64,000 bases of DNA from Candidatus Brocadiia bacterium (GTDB taxonomy: Bacteria; Planctomycetota; Brocadiia; SM23-32). This document shows positions 9,806 through 21,100 of the stretch, piece by piece. Positions within the stretch are counted from its first letter, which is position 1, and each line of letters starts with the position of its first letter. Location: NCBI GenBank assembly GCA_046538485.1, contig JBKHIT010000016.1, forward strand, positions 1 to 64,000, read 5' to 3'. The notes below the pieces were generated by a model. That model saw only the letters and a list, made by a program, of their open reading frames with translations. It had not been told where the DNA came from and did not search any database. The translations under genes and the position numbers were made by a program.

Positions 9806-10654
9806 TCACCCGGCCCTGGCCAGCTCGGTAGTTTTGGCGGTTTCGGGCAAGGGCGGAGTGCTCTCATCTTCGATTGGTATATCTACCCATTCCCCTGCCA
9901 TTGCCACGACTTCACGCGCGAGGGACCGATAGTCTTCTGTACCGTAGCACTCCGAATCATACAGCGTTATGGGGAGCCCAAAACTTGGCGCTTCGGCAAG
10001 GCGCACGTTTTTTCGCACGACGGTGTCGAAGACTTTTTTCCCGAAGTGCTTCTGGATGTCCTGCAGCACTTCAATGGCCAGGGAAGTTCGGACATCGAAC
10101 ATCGAGGCGATTATGCCCGAAACCCGGACGCTGGATTTAAGGGAGGACTGGACAAGTTTTACCGTCCGCATCAGTCTTCCCAGTCCCTGAAGCGCGAAAA
10201 ATTCCGTCTGCAAGGGAATAAATATTTCGTCTACCGCACACATGCTATTGAGCGTAAGAAGCCCGAGGGACGGGGGGCAATCGATTACAAGATAATCGAA
10301 GTTATCTTCAAGCCTTTTTAGGACACGAGCTAAGCATCTTTCGCGGCCGAGAGTTTCGGTTGAAAGCTCAACTTCTAACCCCGCCAGGTCGATATTTGAG
10401 GGGATGACTTTCAGGTTGTCCAATGGAGTATCACGCATGGTTTCTTCGAGGGAATCTTCACGGCGTATGAGGGTATAGACGGAGGCTTCATCGCGATCGA
10501 TGTCCGCGCCGAGATGGATAGAAAGGTTCGCCTGTGGGTCCATGTCGACGAGCACAACATTTTTGCCCAGTTCCGCAATACACGCCCCCAGGTTGGCGGC
10601 GGTTGTTGTCTTTCCGACCCCTCCTTTTTGATTGGAAATCGCGATACTTCTCAT
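9806..10654 (-). CDS. parA: ParA/Soj family ATPase
   Basis: Deviant Walker A KGGVGKTT, DMDPQAN, IDCPPSLG, RLAEAPSFG. Confidence 0.93.
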   Translation of the reverse strand: MRSIAISNQKGGVGKTTTAANLGACIAELGKNVVLVDMDPQANLSIHLGADIDRDEASVYTLIRREDSLEETMRDTPLDNLKVIPSNIDLAGLEVELSTETLGRERCLARVLKRLEDNFDYLVIDCPPSLGLLTLNSMCAVDEIFIPLQTEFFALQGLGRLMRTVKLVQSSLKSSVRVSGIIASMFDVRTSLAIEVLQDIQKHFGKKVFDTVVRKNVRLAEAPSFGLPITLYDSECYGTEDYRSLAREVVAMAGEWVDIPIEDESTPPLPETAKTTELARAG

Positions 10655-10965
10655 ATTTCCTCTAACTTTTAGCCTAATGTGAAAGTCATCGCTCTTGGGT
10701 GCCAGATGTGGCGCCTGTTATATAAAACCGGGAGATATATGGCAGTTTCAAGCATGTAGTGTTGAAAACACCCGTCCTTTTCCGCTATCGTATAAGTCGC
10801 CGAAGAAAGTGTCTTCGGGGGCATTTGTGCGGGCCCCAATCAGGTGGACTTAAGTCGCTGTTTAATAACACTTTATGTTAAGGGCGTGCATAATGAGAAG
10901 TTTTGTTGGCGGGACCGGCTGGACCCGTCGGAAAAAGATTTTCTTTTGATTGTCCAGAGAATAAT

Positions 10966-12552
10966 ATGGCAAAAAAATCCGGCACATCTGAGCGAAAGCG
11001 CCTTTCAGCGGACGATCTCGCCAAACAGCAGCGTGAGATCAGTGTCAGCGAATTTTTCAGCAAGAACAGACACCTGCTTGGATTTGATAATCCCAAGCGG
11101 GCCCTGCTGACAACGGTCAAGGAAGCCGTGGACAACGCGCTTGATGCGTGTGAGGATGCGGGGGTTCTGCCTGATATCGTGGTTAAGATTGAATCCGTCG
11201 GCAAGCGCGATGATCGCTACAAGGTAATTGTGGAAGATAACGGTCCGGGTATCGCCAAGGAGCAGGTGGCTAAAATATTTGGGAAACTCCTGTACGGAAG
11301 CAAATTTCACCGTTTGAAAATGAGCCGCGGACAGCAGGGAATCGGAATCAGTGCGGCCGGTATGTACGGCCAGATGACAACGGGTAAACCGGTGGAAATT
11401 CTTTCGAAAACCAGGGCCGAAGGACCGGCAAACTTTTTCCGGGTTGTGCTTGATACAAAAAAGAATGAACCGAAAATCGCAAAAGAAGATACCGTCCAGT
11501 GGAACGGCCATGCCGGCACCTCTGTGCAGATCGAACTCGAGGGGACATACCAGCGAGGAAAGTGGAGTCCCGAAGAGTATATTCGCCATACAGTGATCGC
11601 CAATCCACACGTTTCTTTAACGTTCATCGAACCCGACGGAAAAGAACATCATTTCGAGAGAGCTGTCGAAGTCCTGCCTGACGAGCCGGAAGCAATTAAG
11701 CCCCATCCGCATGGTATCGAGCTCGGCACGCTCATTCAGATGCTCCAGCAAACGAAATGTCGGAAACTGCAGACGTGCCTGCGGGAAGATTTCTGCCGGG
11801 TGAGCAAACGTAGAGCTCTGGAGATCTGTGAAAAAGCCGATGTTTATGAAAATGCTCGTCCAAAACGCATCGCGAGGCAGGAAGCCGAAAGCCTGCTGGC
11901 TGCGATTCGCGATACGGACCTTATGAACCCCCCTATGAACTGTATCGCACCTATCGGCGAAGAACAGATCCTTGCCGGTATGCAGAACCAGGTGGAAGCG
12001 GATTTCTACGAGACTGTTACCCGTAAGCCTTCCGTTTACAGGGGCATACCGTTTTTGATTGAAGCGGGAATCGCTTACGGCGGAGAACTCCGGAAGGACA
12101 AAGCGGCAAAAATTATGCGGTTTGCCAACCGGGTCCCTCTCCTGTATCGGGCTGGCTCGGGGGCAATCAGAGAGGCTGTTTGCGGGTTGAACTGGCGACA
12201 ATACAAAATCGACCAGCCTTCTGGGTCAGGTCCCGTCGGACCTATGCTCGTCATGGTCCATATGGCCAGCCCCTGGGTGCCGTTCACCAGTGAGAGCAAA
12301 GAAGCCGTCGCAACTTACCCCGAAATCGTCAAAGAAATAACTCTTGCCCTTCAGGAAGCCGCGCGTAAACTGCGTCGATTCGTCAATAAACGCCATAAAA
12401 AGCGCGAGGAAAAGCGAAAACGGAAATATATCGAGAATTACATTCCCCACATTGGTGAGGCTCTGCAGGAAATACTCGAGTTCAGCGATAAGGAAAAAGA
12501 TAACCTGATTGACAGCCTCACGGGTATTCTTAAACGAAGCCGCAAAGGTTGA
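10966..12552 (+). CDS. top6B: DNA topoisomerase VI subunit B
   Basis: [12 protein letters not shown] motifs [44 protein letters not shown]. Confidence 0.95.
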   Translation: MAKKSGTSERKRLSADDLAKQQREISVSEFFSKNRHLLGFDNPKRALLTTVKEAVDNALDACEDAGVLPDIVVKIESVGKRDDRYKVIVEDNGPGIAKEQVAKIFGKLLYGSKFHRLKMSRGQQGIGISAAGMYGQMTTGKPVEILSKTRAEGPANFFRVVLDTKKNEPKIAKEDTVQWNGHAGTSVQIELEGTYQRGKWSPEEYIRHTVIANPHVSLTFIEPDGKEHHFERAVEVLPDEPEAIKPHPHGIELGTLIQMLQQTKCRKLQTCLREDFCRVSKRRALEICEKADVYENARPKRIARQEAESLLAAIRDTDLMNPPMNCIAPIGEEQILAGMQNQVEADFYETVTRKPSVYRGIPFLIEAGIAYGGELRKDKAAKIMRFANRVPLLYRAGSGAIREAVCGLNWRQYKIDQPSGSGPVGPMLVMVHMASPWVPFTSESKEAVATYPEIVKEITLALQEAARKLRRFVNKRHKKREEKRKRKYIENYIPHIGEALQEILEFSDKEKDNLIDSLTGILKRSRKG

Positions 12553-12653
12553 GTGTTTCGCCTGTCAGATACACCGGTAGCCATTCATGAGAACGGGGAT
12601 TCTGTCCCACTATCTCAATCACACTGGGCAGCAATTGTGATAGATCACAGGAT

Positions 12654-13382
12654 TCATTCAACCTCATAAACGACTTCCGGGATGCGACTCGTTCCCATTG
12701 CTTGAAAAAGCAGTCGGGCCATCGAATGAGGTTTTATGCCCACGTCGGCCAGGGGGATTTTCAACTCAATGCCTCGGCCCTGATACGCCACCCATCCCGT
12801 ATCATCCGCGCTGTTCCGCTGTGAACCGGCGAGTTTTCGAAACTTCACCCCCGTCTCCCGCACAGACTCGGGTTTTTCAAGGTAACAGATAAGGTTTGTT
12901 CTTCCCGATGCCGCTCTACGCCGAGCCATCAAAACCAGCTGTTTTTCAATCCCCATGTAGTCCCGCTGAGCTTTCCCCGAGAGCCCGGTGGACAGGTCAT
13001 TATCGGCGTCGAACTGAATCTGGCCGAGTATTGCTGTACCGCTATTATTTTTGATTACATCCCCGATGTTGTACGAGGCGACGATGTAGATGTGTAGATT
13101 TTCGCCATCGTGCGCCACCTGAACCGACTGCCACTCGCGTTGCTTCGATCTCTCCCCGCCCCCGTCTGAAAGAATTTGTCTTTGCACCCCTTTCAGTTCG
13201 GTCGGTTGACCGTCGATTTTTGAGGATCCCGGAGCTATCTTCGCGATGACATCAGGAGCGGCAAGATTTTGTTTTTGCTGTTCGTATTGTTCGTACTGTT
13301 CCTGGCCGAGCTGAATAGCCCATACTATCACGCCGATCAATATTATAGCCACAACGATTTTTGCGATTGTTGCTGGCTTCAT
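12654..13382 (-). CDS. hypothetical exported or membrane-anchored protein
   Basis: N-terminal TM; FDADNDLSTG and IELKIPL resemble a carbohydrate-binding-like beta sandwich. Confidence 0.65.
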   Translation of the reverse strand: MKPATIAKIVVAIILIGVIVWAIQLGQEQYEQYEQQKQNLAAPDVIAKIAPGSSKIDGQPTELKGVQRQILSDGGGERSKQREWQSVQVAHDGENLHIYIVASYNIGDVIKNNSGTAILGQIQFDADNDLSTGLSGKAQRDYMGIEKQLVLMARRRAASGRTNLICYLEKPESVRETGVKFRKLAGSQRNSADDTGWVAYQGRGIELKIPLADVGIKPHSMARLLFQAMGTSRIPEVVYEVE

Positions 13383-13544
13383 GCTTTACCCCTCTCAGGC
13401 AAAAGTAAGCTTCTCCCGGGCCACTTTGTGCCTCTTTCAAATCACTGTCAAGTCTGCAAATAGGCTACCTGAACGATCCAGGCTGGTCAAGCGGGTTACC
13501 AGCTCCTGAAATGATCCTCAGGTTTTTCCTGTTAGCGGGATATA

Positions 13545-13810
13545 TGGTCCGTTCCATTTGATTTTGTGGGTTCAGCCGGTCGTCGGTGGTTCAGATGCAA
13601 GGTGCAGTGAGAAGTTCGACCCAAGTGGGTCCACGCCGAACTGCAACGCCGCAGATGGGCCGCCGCCGTCCGGCCCGTAGGGAGCAATTCTGCCGGGTCA
13701 TTTCTTCGTTGCGGCTTCGCAGGGACCCGTCTGGGTCACCTTTGGCGCCGCGCCTCGAACTGACCTCGGCAGAATTGCTCTGAACCCACAAGATCAAATG
13801 GAACGGACCA
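13545..13810. mobile_element. MITE, 266 bp, 31-bp TIRs, 3-bp ATA target duplication
   Basis: TGGTCCGTTCCATTTGATTTTGTGGGTTCAG (13545-13575) versus 13780-13810 with one mismatch; ATA at 13542-13544 and 13811-13813. Confidence 0.85.
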
Positions 13811-13830
13811 ATAGTCCCAGAAAGAGCTGG

Positions 13831-14892
13831 CTATCTGTCACGCAGTTTCATGTAGAATTCGTTGTAATAAAGTGCACTTTCTACAGGTACGTTAGGGGGA
13901 ATGTGCCCACTGCAACACATGAAGTAACCGGGGCAGTCCTTTCCAAGGTTCATACATCTCTCAACTTCCTCCCGGATGGCGTCTCTGTCGCCAAACGTAA
14001 GGACGCGGGAGTCGGCGTTTCCGATGATGGCGTGAGTCTGCCCGTACTGGCGGCAGATGTATTCGAGGTCCGTAAAAATTTCGAACCAGAAGCCCGTGTT
14101 GCCGCAAGCGGCGATATCCTCAACGAATTCCGTGTAGTCTCCGTCGCAGATGAAAATGATGTGCTTGCCCGCCTCACGCAGCGGGGCCCAGTAGCGCCGG
14201 ATGTTGGGGAATACGTATTTTCGGTACCATTCCGGGTTGATGAACGCGCCTTCAGTCCAGACCATATCGTCGTGACTGTATATGACAGGCGCGATGGAAT
14301 CCGCGGCGGCATTGTAGTACTGCTGCATCCAGCCAGCCCAGCGGTTGAGCACCTCCCCGAACCCTTCGGGGTCGGTGCCCGCCGCGAGTAGCAAGAGATC
14401 CCAGCCAAATACCGCTATCATCCCGGACATAAGAGAAATGTAGATGCCTGTGGTGTTGACAGTGTTGGGGTAAAGTTCGCAACGCTCGTGGTAGTGTTCA
14501 TTAAAGCGCCGCACCAATTCGTCGTGGTCTTTTTCGCCGTAGAACTGCCACGGGTCAAATTCAAGAACCTGTTCGGGGCTTTCAAAAAGGGATTCAATGC
14601 GGCCATCAAAATCGCGCCCTTCTTCGGCGTACTCGGCATGACCCATTCGGGTAAATTTTTCGCCAAGCTCGTTGTAGCTTATAAGCGCACCGAAATTGAT
14701 TCCGTAATCCCATGCTTCCATGAACGCGCGGGCGGCCCGGTTGCGTTCTTCAATGGAACTTTTTGGCCCCACGTTCATTCCCGTCACTTCCCGGACGAGC
14801 TGAAAATGGTAATGCGCGGCGCTCGGTTCGAATCGGGGAACACGCGGCGGCATCTCAAGGTTCAGGGCGGCCTGGCCGTCTTCGTAGGACAA
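13831..14892 (-). CDS. uroporphyrinogen decarboxylase-like (URO-D/MtaA-CmuA superfamily) protein
   Basis: HDDMVWTEG, FICDG, IIGNAD, GYFMCCSGHIPPNVP; probable TTG start at 14892 after GGAG. Confidence 0.8.
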   Translation of the reverse strand: MSYEDGQAALNLEMPPRVPRFEPSAAHYHFQLVREVTGMNVGPKSSIEERNRAARAFMEAWDYGINFGALISYNELGEKFTRMGHAEYAEEGRDFDGRIESLFESPEQVLEFDPWQFYGEKDHDELVRRFNEHYHERCELYPNTVNTTGIYISLMSGMIAVFGWDLLLLAAGTDPEGFGEVLNRWAGWMQQYYNAAADSIAPVIYSHDDMVWTEGAFINPEWYRKYVFPNIRRYWAPLREAGKHIIFICDGDYTEFVEDIAACGNTGFWFEIFTDLEYICRQYGQTHAIIGNADSRVLTFGDRDAIREEVERCMNLGKDCPGYFMCCSGHIPPNVPVESALYYNEFYMKLRDR

Positions 14893-15497
14893 TGTTTGTT
14901 TTCTCCGGAGTTTGCGGAACTGATAGGTCCTGTAGGTCGGGGTTTTCCCGGCGTTTCTGGCATCGGTTGCGTTCTGCAATCCGCGAACGCACAATCCGTT
15001 CGCGGATGCCGCCACCTTTCAAGAAAGCATTTTCAAGGCTTTTGATCTGCCGGTCAAGCAGGTCGTTGGCCTGATGGATGAGACAGATGAGTATGTTGGC
15101 AACCGTTTCGGGGGAGCGTTGTTCGATATAGGTTTCATTATCCGCATAGGCGAGTTTTCTCGCGGCTTTCGCCGGGCGGCTGTCTTTTTGCCACAGGTCC
15201 AGGCCCCGAATAGCAAGGAAATTATGGTAATCCCTGAGCGGTTCCTCAAGACGGGCTTGTGCAACGCCCACCAGCTCTATTTCTGTTCCTCTGGACGTCC
15301 CCGAAGCCATGCAACCTTCCGCGATATTTTGTTTCCCCGACCGGGCGGCCTGGACCATTTGGTCGACGGTCCGGTCGCGCTTGTTCAGGAACCTTTCGCA
15401 GAAACAGACCGTTCCCTGGTAGATAATGTCCGCTTTTTGGTAAGAGATCCCGGTAGCCATCGTGAGGGGGGATGAATTTATTGCGTGCTTCAGTCAT
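14855..15497 (-). pseudogene. four-helix-bundle (23S rRNA IVS protein/bAvd-like) suffix-domain gene, frameshifted
   Basis: MTEARNKFIPPHDGYRDLL (ATG 15497) is out of frame with SYQKA...DQMVQAARSGKQNIAEG...LLDRQIKSLE..FLKGGGIRER; shift near 15445. Confidence 0.8.
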
Positions 15498-15531
15498 GTT
15501 TAAGCTAATCCCCAAAAAAGTGCAAAGGAGG

Positions 15532-15576
15532 GTCCGATAGGACCTATGCGACTTATACGACCCATAAGACCTATAC
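15532..15576. repeat. five degenerate 9-bp tandem repeats (GACCTATAN-like)
   Basis: gtccgatag gacctatgc gacttatac gacccataa gacctatac; inverted copies at 14922-14938. Confidence 0.8.
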
Positions 15577-15765
15577 CCTTGCTCAGCACGCGCAATTTTG
15601 CCGACGGGTCGTTTCGTCTGTCAAAGACAGCGCTGGTGTGTGAGCGGTGTTGACTTCACTCCGGGTCTCGGATAGCATCGTGAGGAGAGGAATGGAAGGC
15701 GTTTATGTTTTTCCCGCCATGTCCGCGAACCACTTCTTTTGGATATAGCAGCAAGGAGGTGCCTG

Positions 15766-16155
15766 ATGCGAACCGCCAAACAACTTTCGGTGTTCCTGGA
15801 AAATAAGCCCGGGACACTCGCTATGATGTGTGATCAGCTCGCGGCCCGCGAAATCAACATTCTTGCAATGAGTGTCGGCGACACCGTCGATTATGCTGTG
15901 GTCCGATTGGTCGTCAACAAACCCGATGAAGCCGCCCACCTTCTGGGGGAAGCGGGCACGTTGGTGGTGGAGAACGAAGTTGTCCTCGCGGATCTTCCGC
16001 ATCAGATTGGTTCCCTCGGGGAAATGGCCAAACGGCTGAGCGATGCGGGAGTAAATGTCGAGTATGCTTATTGCACGGCGGCAGAAACTCAGGAGAATGC
16101 CGTTATCGTTTTTCGCGTCAAAGATACGGAGGCCGCAATTTCGGCGCTCTCCTGA
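15766..16155 (+). CDS. tandem ACT-domain protein
   Basis: QLSVFLENKPGTL, INILAMS, GVNVEYAY; AAGGAGG RBS. Confidence 0.9.
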   Translation: MRTAKQLSVFLENKPGTLAMMCDQLAAREINILAMSVGDTVDYAVVRLVVNKPDEAAHLLGEAGTLVVENEVVLADLPHQIGSLGEMAKRLSDAGVNVEYAYCTAAETQENAVIVFRVKDTEAAISALS

Positions 16156-16177
16156 GGGGGATCGCCGGTGATCATCG

Positions 16178-16945
16178 ATGCGAATTCTGCTTACCAATGA
16201 TGATGGAGTGGGTGCCGATAGCCTGTGGGCCATTGCCAACGAACTTGAGTCTCTTGGTGAATTGCTAATAGTCGCGCCGCAGCAACAACAGAGCGGTATG
16301 GGCCATGCTATTACTTACCGCACCCCGATTTCAGCTGAAATTATTCGCAGGAATGGTAATCAGACGGCCTATGCTGTGAGCGGCACGCCTGCAGATTGTG
16401 TGAAATTCGGATTGCTGGAACTTGTGGAACAGCCGCCCGACCTGATTGTCAGCGGCATCAACCTCGGCTTGAATGTTGGCTGCAACGTTTTTTACAGCGG
16501 GACGCTGGCGGCGGCTATCGAAGGAGCGCTCTATCAGACTCCTTCTTTTGCCGTTTCGGTCCCGTTTGAAGCCGGTGAAAAACTGGCCGAATATGCCCAG
16601 CAGGCGCTTCGGACGATCAAGTATGTGCACGCCAATAGTGTGATTCCCGATCAGCCGATTGCGTGGAACGTGAATCTATCACTCCTTGATGAACCAGAGC
16701 CCGAGATTGTTTTTACGCATCACTGGACGGGCGCTTTCCATGAACGCTATATCCGGAGTGAATCAGAGGAGGGCGATCTCTTTCAGCTTGATCTGCCCTG
16801 GGAAGAACAAAATATTCCCGGAAACGGCTGTGATGTACACGTGCTCCAGGATGGCAAAATTTCGGTGACTCCAATGCGCCCGTCTCTTACCGATCATGAT
16901 TTTCTCCGGGAATTGGGTATAGTTGAAAAAGAGGGGTCGGAGTAG
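16178..16945 (+). CDS. surE: 5'/3'-nucleotidase SurE
   Basis: MRILLTNDDG, GTPADCV, SGINLG, YSGT. Confidence 0.95.
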   Translation: MRILLTNDDGVGADSLWAIANELESLGELLIVAPQQQQSGMGHAITYRTPISAEIIRRNGNQTAYAVSGTPADCVKFGLLELVEQPPDLIVSGINLGLNVGCNVFYSGTLAAAIEGALYQTPSFAVSVPFEAGEKLAEYAQQALRTIKYVHANSVIPDQPIAWNVNLSLLDEPEPEIVFTHHWTGAFHERYIRSESEEGDLFQLDLPWEEQNIPGNGCDVHVLQDGKISVTPMRPSLTDHDFLRELGIVEKEGSE

Positions 16946-17000
16946 GCGGCAACAATAAAATTCGAGAACTTGCTGTAAAAACTGAGGAGGATACGTTTCA

Positions 17001-18125
17001 ATGCTCGCCCAAACGCCCCCGATGGGCTGGAATAGCTGGAATACATTTGGTTCTGAAGTCAATGAGCAAATCGTGCGCGAAACGGCCGACGCTTTTGTTG
17101 ATACCGGGCTCAAGGACGCGGGGTACGAATACGTGGTCGTTGATGATTTCTGGGAAGCTCCCGAGCGAGGTCCCGACGAGCGTCTCCACTGGGACGAATC
17201 GCGGTTCCCCGAGGGGATTCCGGCTCTGGCGGACTATGTTCACAGCAAAGGTCTTAAATTTGGGATCTACTCATGTGCCGGCACCCATACATGCGGCGTC
17301 AAACCAGCCAGTTTCGGCTATGAAGAAACAGACGCTCAAACGTTCGCGGAATGGGGTGTGGATTTTCTCAAGTACGATTTCTGTTACGCCCCGCTCGGCG
17401 TGAAAGGACAGAAACACTACGAACGTATGGGACAGGCCCTGCGAGCGACCGGCCGGCCCATTCTGTTCAGCGTCTGCGAATGGGGATCCATGAATCCATG
17501 GAACTGGGGCTCTTCCCTCGCGGGAGCACACATGTGGCGAACAACCGGCGATATCAATGATAGCTGGGAATCCATGGCGAATATCGGGTTTGAACAACAA
17601 AAAAACCTCGAGCGCTTTGCCGGACCCGGACACTGGAACGACCCGGACATGCTGATTGTTGGGATGCACAGTAAAGGCAATGTGGCCAGAGGGGGTTGTA
17701 CAGACGAGGAGTACAGGACTCATTTCAGCCTCTGGTGCATGCTGGCCGCGCCCCTGATGATTGGCTGCGATGTCAGAAATATGAACGATGCTACCACACG
17801 CACACTTATGGCCCCTGAAGTAATCGCCGTTGACCAGGATCCGCTCGGACGTCAGGGTTATTCCCTCGGTGACGATGGTGGAATCAGTGAAGTGTGGAAA
17901 AAACCACTGGCAGACGGGTCTGTTGCGGTCGGGCTTTTCAATCGACATGAGAACCATACCCGCATGGTTCCCCTCTCGTGGGACGCTATCGGAATTCACG
18001 ACCGACGTCCATGTGTCGTGCGGGATCTGTGGCGTGAGGAAGACCTCGGCGAATTCACCCGGTGCTATTCGTCCATTGTCGAACCGCATGATTGCAAAAT
18101 CCTGCGAATCATACCGCAGCAGTAA
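17001..18125 (+). CDS. alpha-galactosidase (GH27)
   Basis: TPPMGWNSWN, VVDDFW, DFLKYDFC, WRTTGDI, WNDPDML. Confidence 0.93.
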   Translation: MLAQTPPMGWNSWNTFGSEVNEQIVRETADAFVDTGLKDAGYEYVVVDDFWEAPERGPDERLHWDESRFPEGIPALADYVHSKGLKFGIYSCAGTHTCGVKPASFGYEETDAQTFAEWGVDFLKYDFCYAPLGVKGQKHYERMGQALRATGRPILFSVCEWGSMNPWNWGSSLAGAHMWRTTGDINDSWESMANIGFEQQKNLERFAGPGHWNDPDMLIVGMHSKGNVARGGCTDEEYRTHFSLWCMLAAPLMIGCDVRNMNDATTRTLMAPEVIAVDQDPLGRQGYSLGDDGGISEVWKKPLADGSVAVGLFNRHENHTRMVPLSWDAIGIHDRRPCVVRDLWREEDLGEFTRCYSSIVEPHDCKILRIIPQQ

Positions 18126-18165
18126 AACCACGGCAGAGAAAGTTCAGTCAGGGAGGATCAGAACG

Positions 18166-21100
18166 GTGAAAATCCGGTGCGTCGGGGATTTCGCGCTGTT
18201 TACACTGTTTGTTGCTGTCGTCTGGTTGTCGCGGGTGGCTTCGGCCGGTGGCCAGATGCGACCTTTGCCTCCGCCAAAGTGGGACGGGCCTCGCTATGAA
18301 ATTAAAGGGCTGGAAGGCAAAAAAGTCTGCACCGTCGGATATCCAGAGAAGGAATCAGGCACGCTCCAGTTCAGAAGCGAGAAAGCGTTTTCGCCGGGTC
18401 TGTATCGCTTAAAGTTGCGTATTCGCCCCTCACATGTCAGTGATGCTATCGCCTGGAATGGTGCCCTGAAAGTTCGATGCCGCACCGGGATGGTTTTGAC
18501 TCCGTCCAGCTGGAGAGGCTTCCGTTTTGCCAGAGAGAACGAGCCGGAAGTGAAGACGGTCGATATCGTTCTGAATCGGGAAACGCCCCTTGAGATCGAG
18601 CTGGTTGCCAGCATCGGTGCCGACGTTTTTGCGCAGGCCGAGGCCCGTAAACAGGTTAAGGATGGTGCTGTGACACCGGACGCCACGCTGCTCGGGGATG
18701 AAGATGAAGAAAGCGCAGATGTGGGCCTGACTTTGAAACTTGACCGGGCTGCGAGTTTCTACTACGTGCTGGAACAGGCGGAAATACAGAGCGTCAGCCC
18801 GACGGCCTATGTTAAAGAGGTTAACGTTGACAAAGTCCGCTACGAGTCTGGTGATAAGCTGAAAGGGGAAGTGGACATTGTTGCGTTCAATGCCGGTGCT
18901 CGCGGGAAACTTCAACTGTTTTTTGAGCATGGAGTCCAAAATCGGACTCTTGCGAAGGAGATCGACCTTAAGCTCGATCAAGGCAGCCGACGGGTCTCCG
19001 TTGAACTTCCGCTTCCGGATCGCAAACTCGGACACGCTCTTGTGGCCCGATTTATCCCCGCTGAGGGGGCTCTTGCGTACGAGAATGCCGAGTATTTTAA
19101 CATTGCCGACAATTTTTATCGCGTGGCAATCCATTTTGGCAATCCGATTCACCGGCAGACGTTTCGGAGCGAAGAAGCGATGCGGGGTGGTATCGAGAAA
19201 GCGGTCCGATCTTACGCCAACTGCCGTGAAATCTTTTTCTGGGCCGAAGAGGATATGGTGGAGATGAGCCCGGAGTCGGATTACTGGTTTTCGGGCCAGA
19301 CCACTTACCACATGAGCAAAGAAGGTCTCAAACGGTGGATTGATATTGCCCATGAATATGGCGTAGGGGTCGCGACGTATGGCAAGTTTATCATGTCGGG
19401 GTATCTCGGCTGGAAAACCGCTTATGATCATCCTTTCTACCACAAGAAACAGTATTCCTTTCCGCTCGGAATGTGGGAAGGTGTGAATGTCGCAGCCCTG
19501 GACAGGTTTAAAAATAAAGAATTCGCGGGTTCTCCGCCCGTTACAGAAGGTCTTTTTGGCAGAAACTACGCCGGTCTTCCATTCATGCCGATAAACCCCG
19601 ATCCGGTACCCCATAACGTCCGCCGGGCCGCCGAAGAGGTCAACCGCTCGATCGAGATGTTTGGCTGGGATGGGATTCGCTGGGACGGTCATCCGAAAGG
19701 CGCCGGTTCATGGGGAAATTCCTGCGGTGGTGTTCGGAACAAGAAATACAGCTATACGGGACATCGCAAGACGCAGACTCTCGTGCGTTATTTCAAGGAT
19801 ATTGTCGCCAGCAAGCATCCGGGATCTCAGCACGGGTACAACTACCTGCACACTCAGGGAGAGCCGTTTTATGAATGGGCGTATGAAGATTTCGAGCTGC
19901 AGGAACTCTGCCGTGGCGGCGGGTTGCTCATGAACGAGTCGATCCGTAAGAGCCACGGTCACACTTTCGAGTGGATGGCGCGCAACCTCCAGGTCGAAGG
20001 TGATCTTGCCCGAGAAAGGGGAGGCTTGCTGCTCGGAATCTCGTGCGATCACGTCAGCGACCGGGACACGTTTATTGAGTCGATTCTCTGGTTCGCCGCG
20101 GGTTGCCGGCCGTACAGCGGAGCGGGGGAGAACCGCATCCTGAACCGTTACGCCACCCGGTTTTCGAAATATGTTTTCGATGAAACAATGACGCGTCTTG
20201 CCGGGCCGGGAAAAGTGTTGAGGCCAGCGCAAAAAACGCAGCTCTGGTGGACGCCGTTCGTTTACGAAACCCGACGCCATGGCGAGAGCTCTCAGCTCGT
20301 CGTCAACCTCCTCAATCTGCCGCGCAAGGATAAAGTCGGGGAGAAATCCGAACCGCTTAGGCTTTGTCCCGGCACGGATCCGTTTGCTTTTCAGACTACT
20401 CTTCCCGAGAGCTATCGCGTAAGTGCCGCTCATCTGATTGATCCGTTCACGCTGAGGCGAACTGAAATTGGACTGCGGGGAAAACGGCTTGAAATCCCGT
20501 CGGTTGCCATCTGGCGGGTGCTCGTGCTGGATTTAAAATCAGACGAAGAATCGCCGACTTTGGGCGAATTGTTTGGTCCACCCCGCACGGTCGGCGTGAA
20601 ACGGGAAAACCTGAAGGTAGAACGACGCAGGCCGCTGACTCTCGATCCCGAAGCATCGGAAGAAGAGGTTTACCATGCCTGGAAGAAACGTTTTCCCGGC
20701 CCTGAAAATCTCTGGTGGGAGGAAAAGAAAAAATACCGTGAGATGTCTGCGGAAAAACGAAATCAAGCGCTGTGTGAAGTGCGAAAACCCATCGAACATT
20801 ATCTGAAAAGCTATCCCTACGGCGTCAAACTGCCTGCCGACCTGAAAATGAAAGAGGATCCCCCGGAGTTCGGGAACATGGCACCTCTACGGAATGGTAT
20901 TACCGATATCTTTTACGGCCGTGGCGCGATGGATTACCGGTGGGGTTTGTACGGCGCTTTCGCGCACGTGGACCGGGTTCGTATTCATGAAGCGCGGCTG
21001 AAATGCCCCCACGGTGGCAAACGATTTGACCTCCGGGAGAACGTATCCGCGCGGGAACTGCCACGCTACGATGTCTTATGCTACGCGGATCTTCCCCATG

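Noticed and set aside
9791..9810. Two DnaA-box-like 9-mers (TCATTCACA, TTATTCACC) at the end of parA, as oriC
   Set aside because: Only two imperfect boxes, one overlapping the stop codon; no dnaA/dnaN and no unwinding element.
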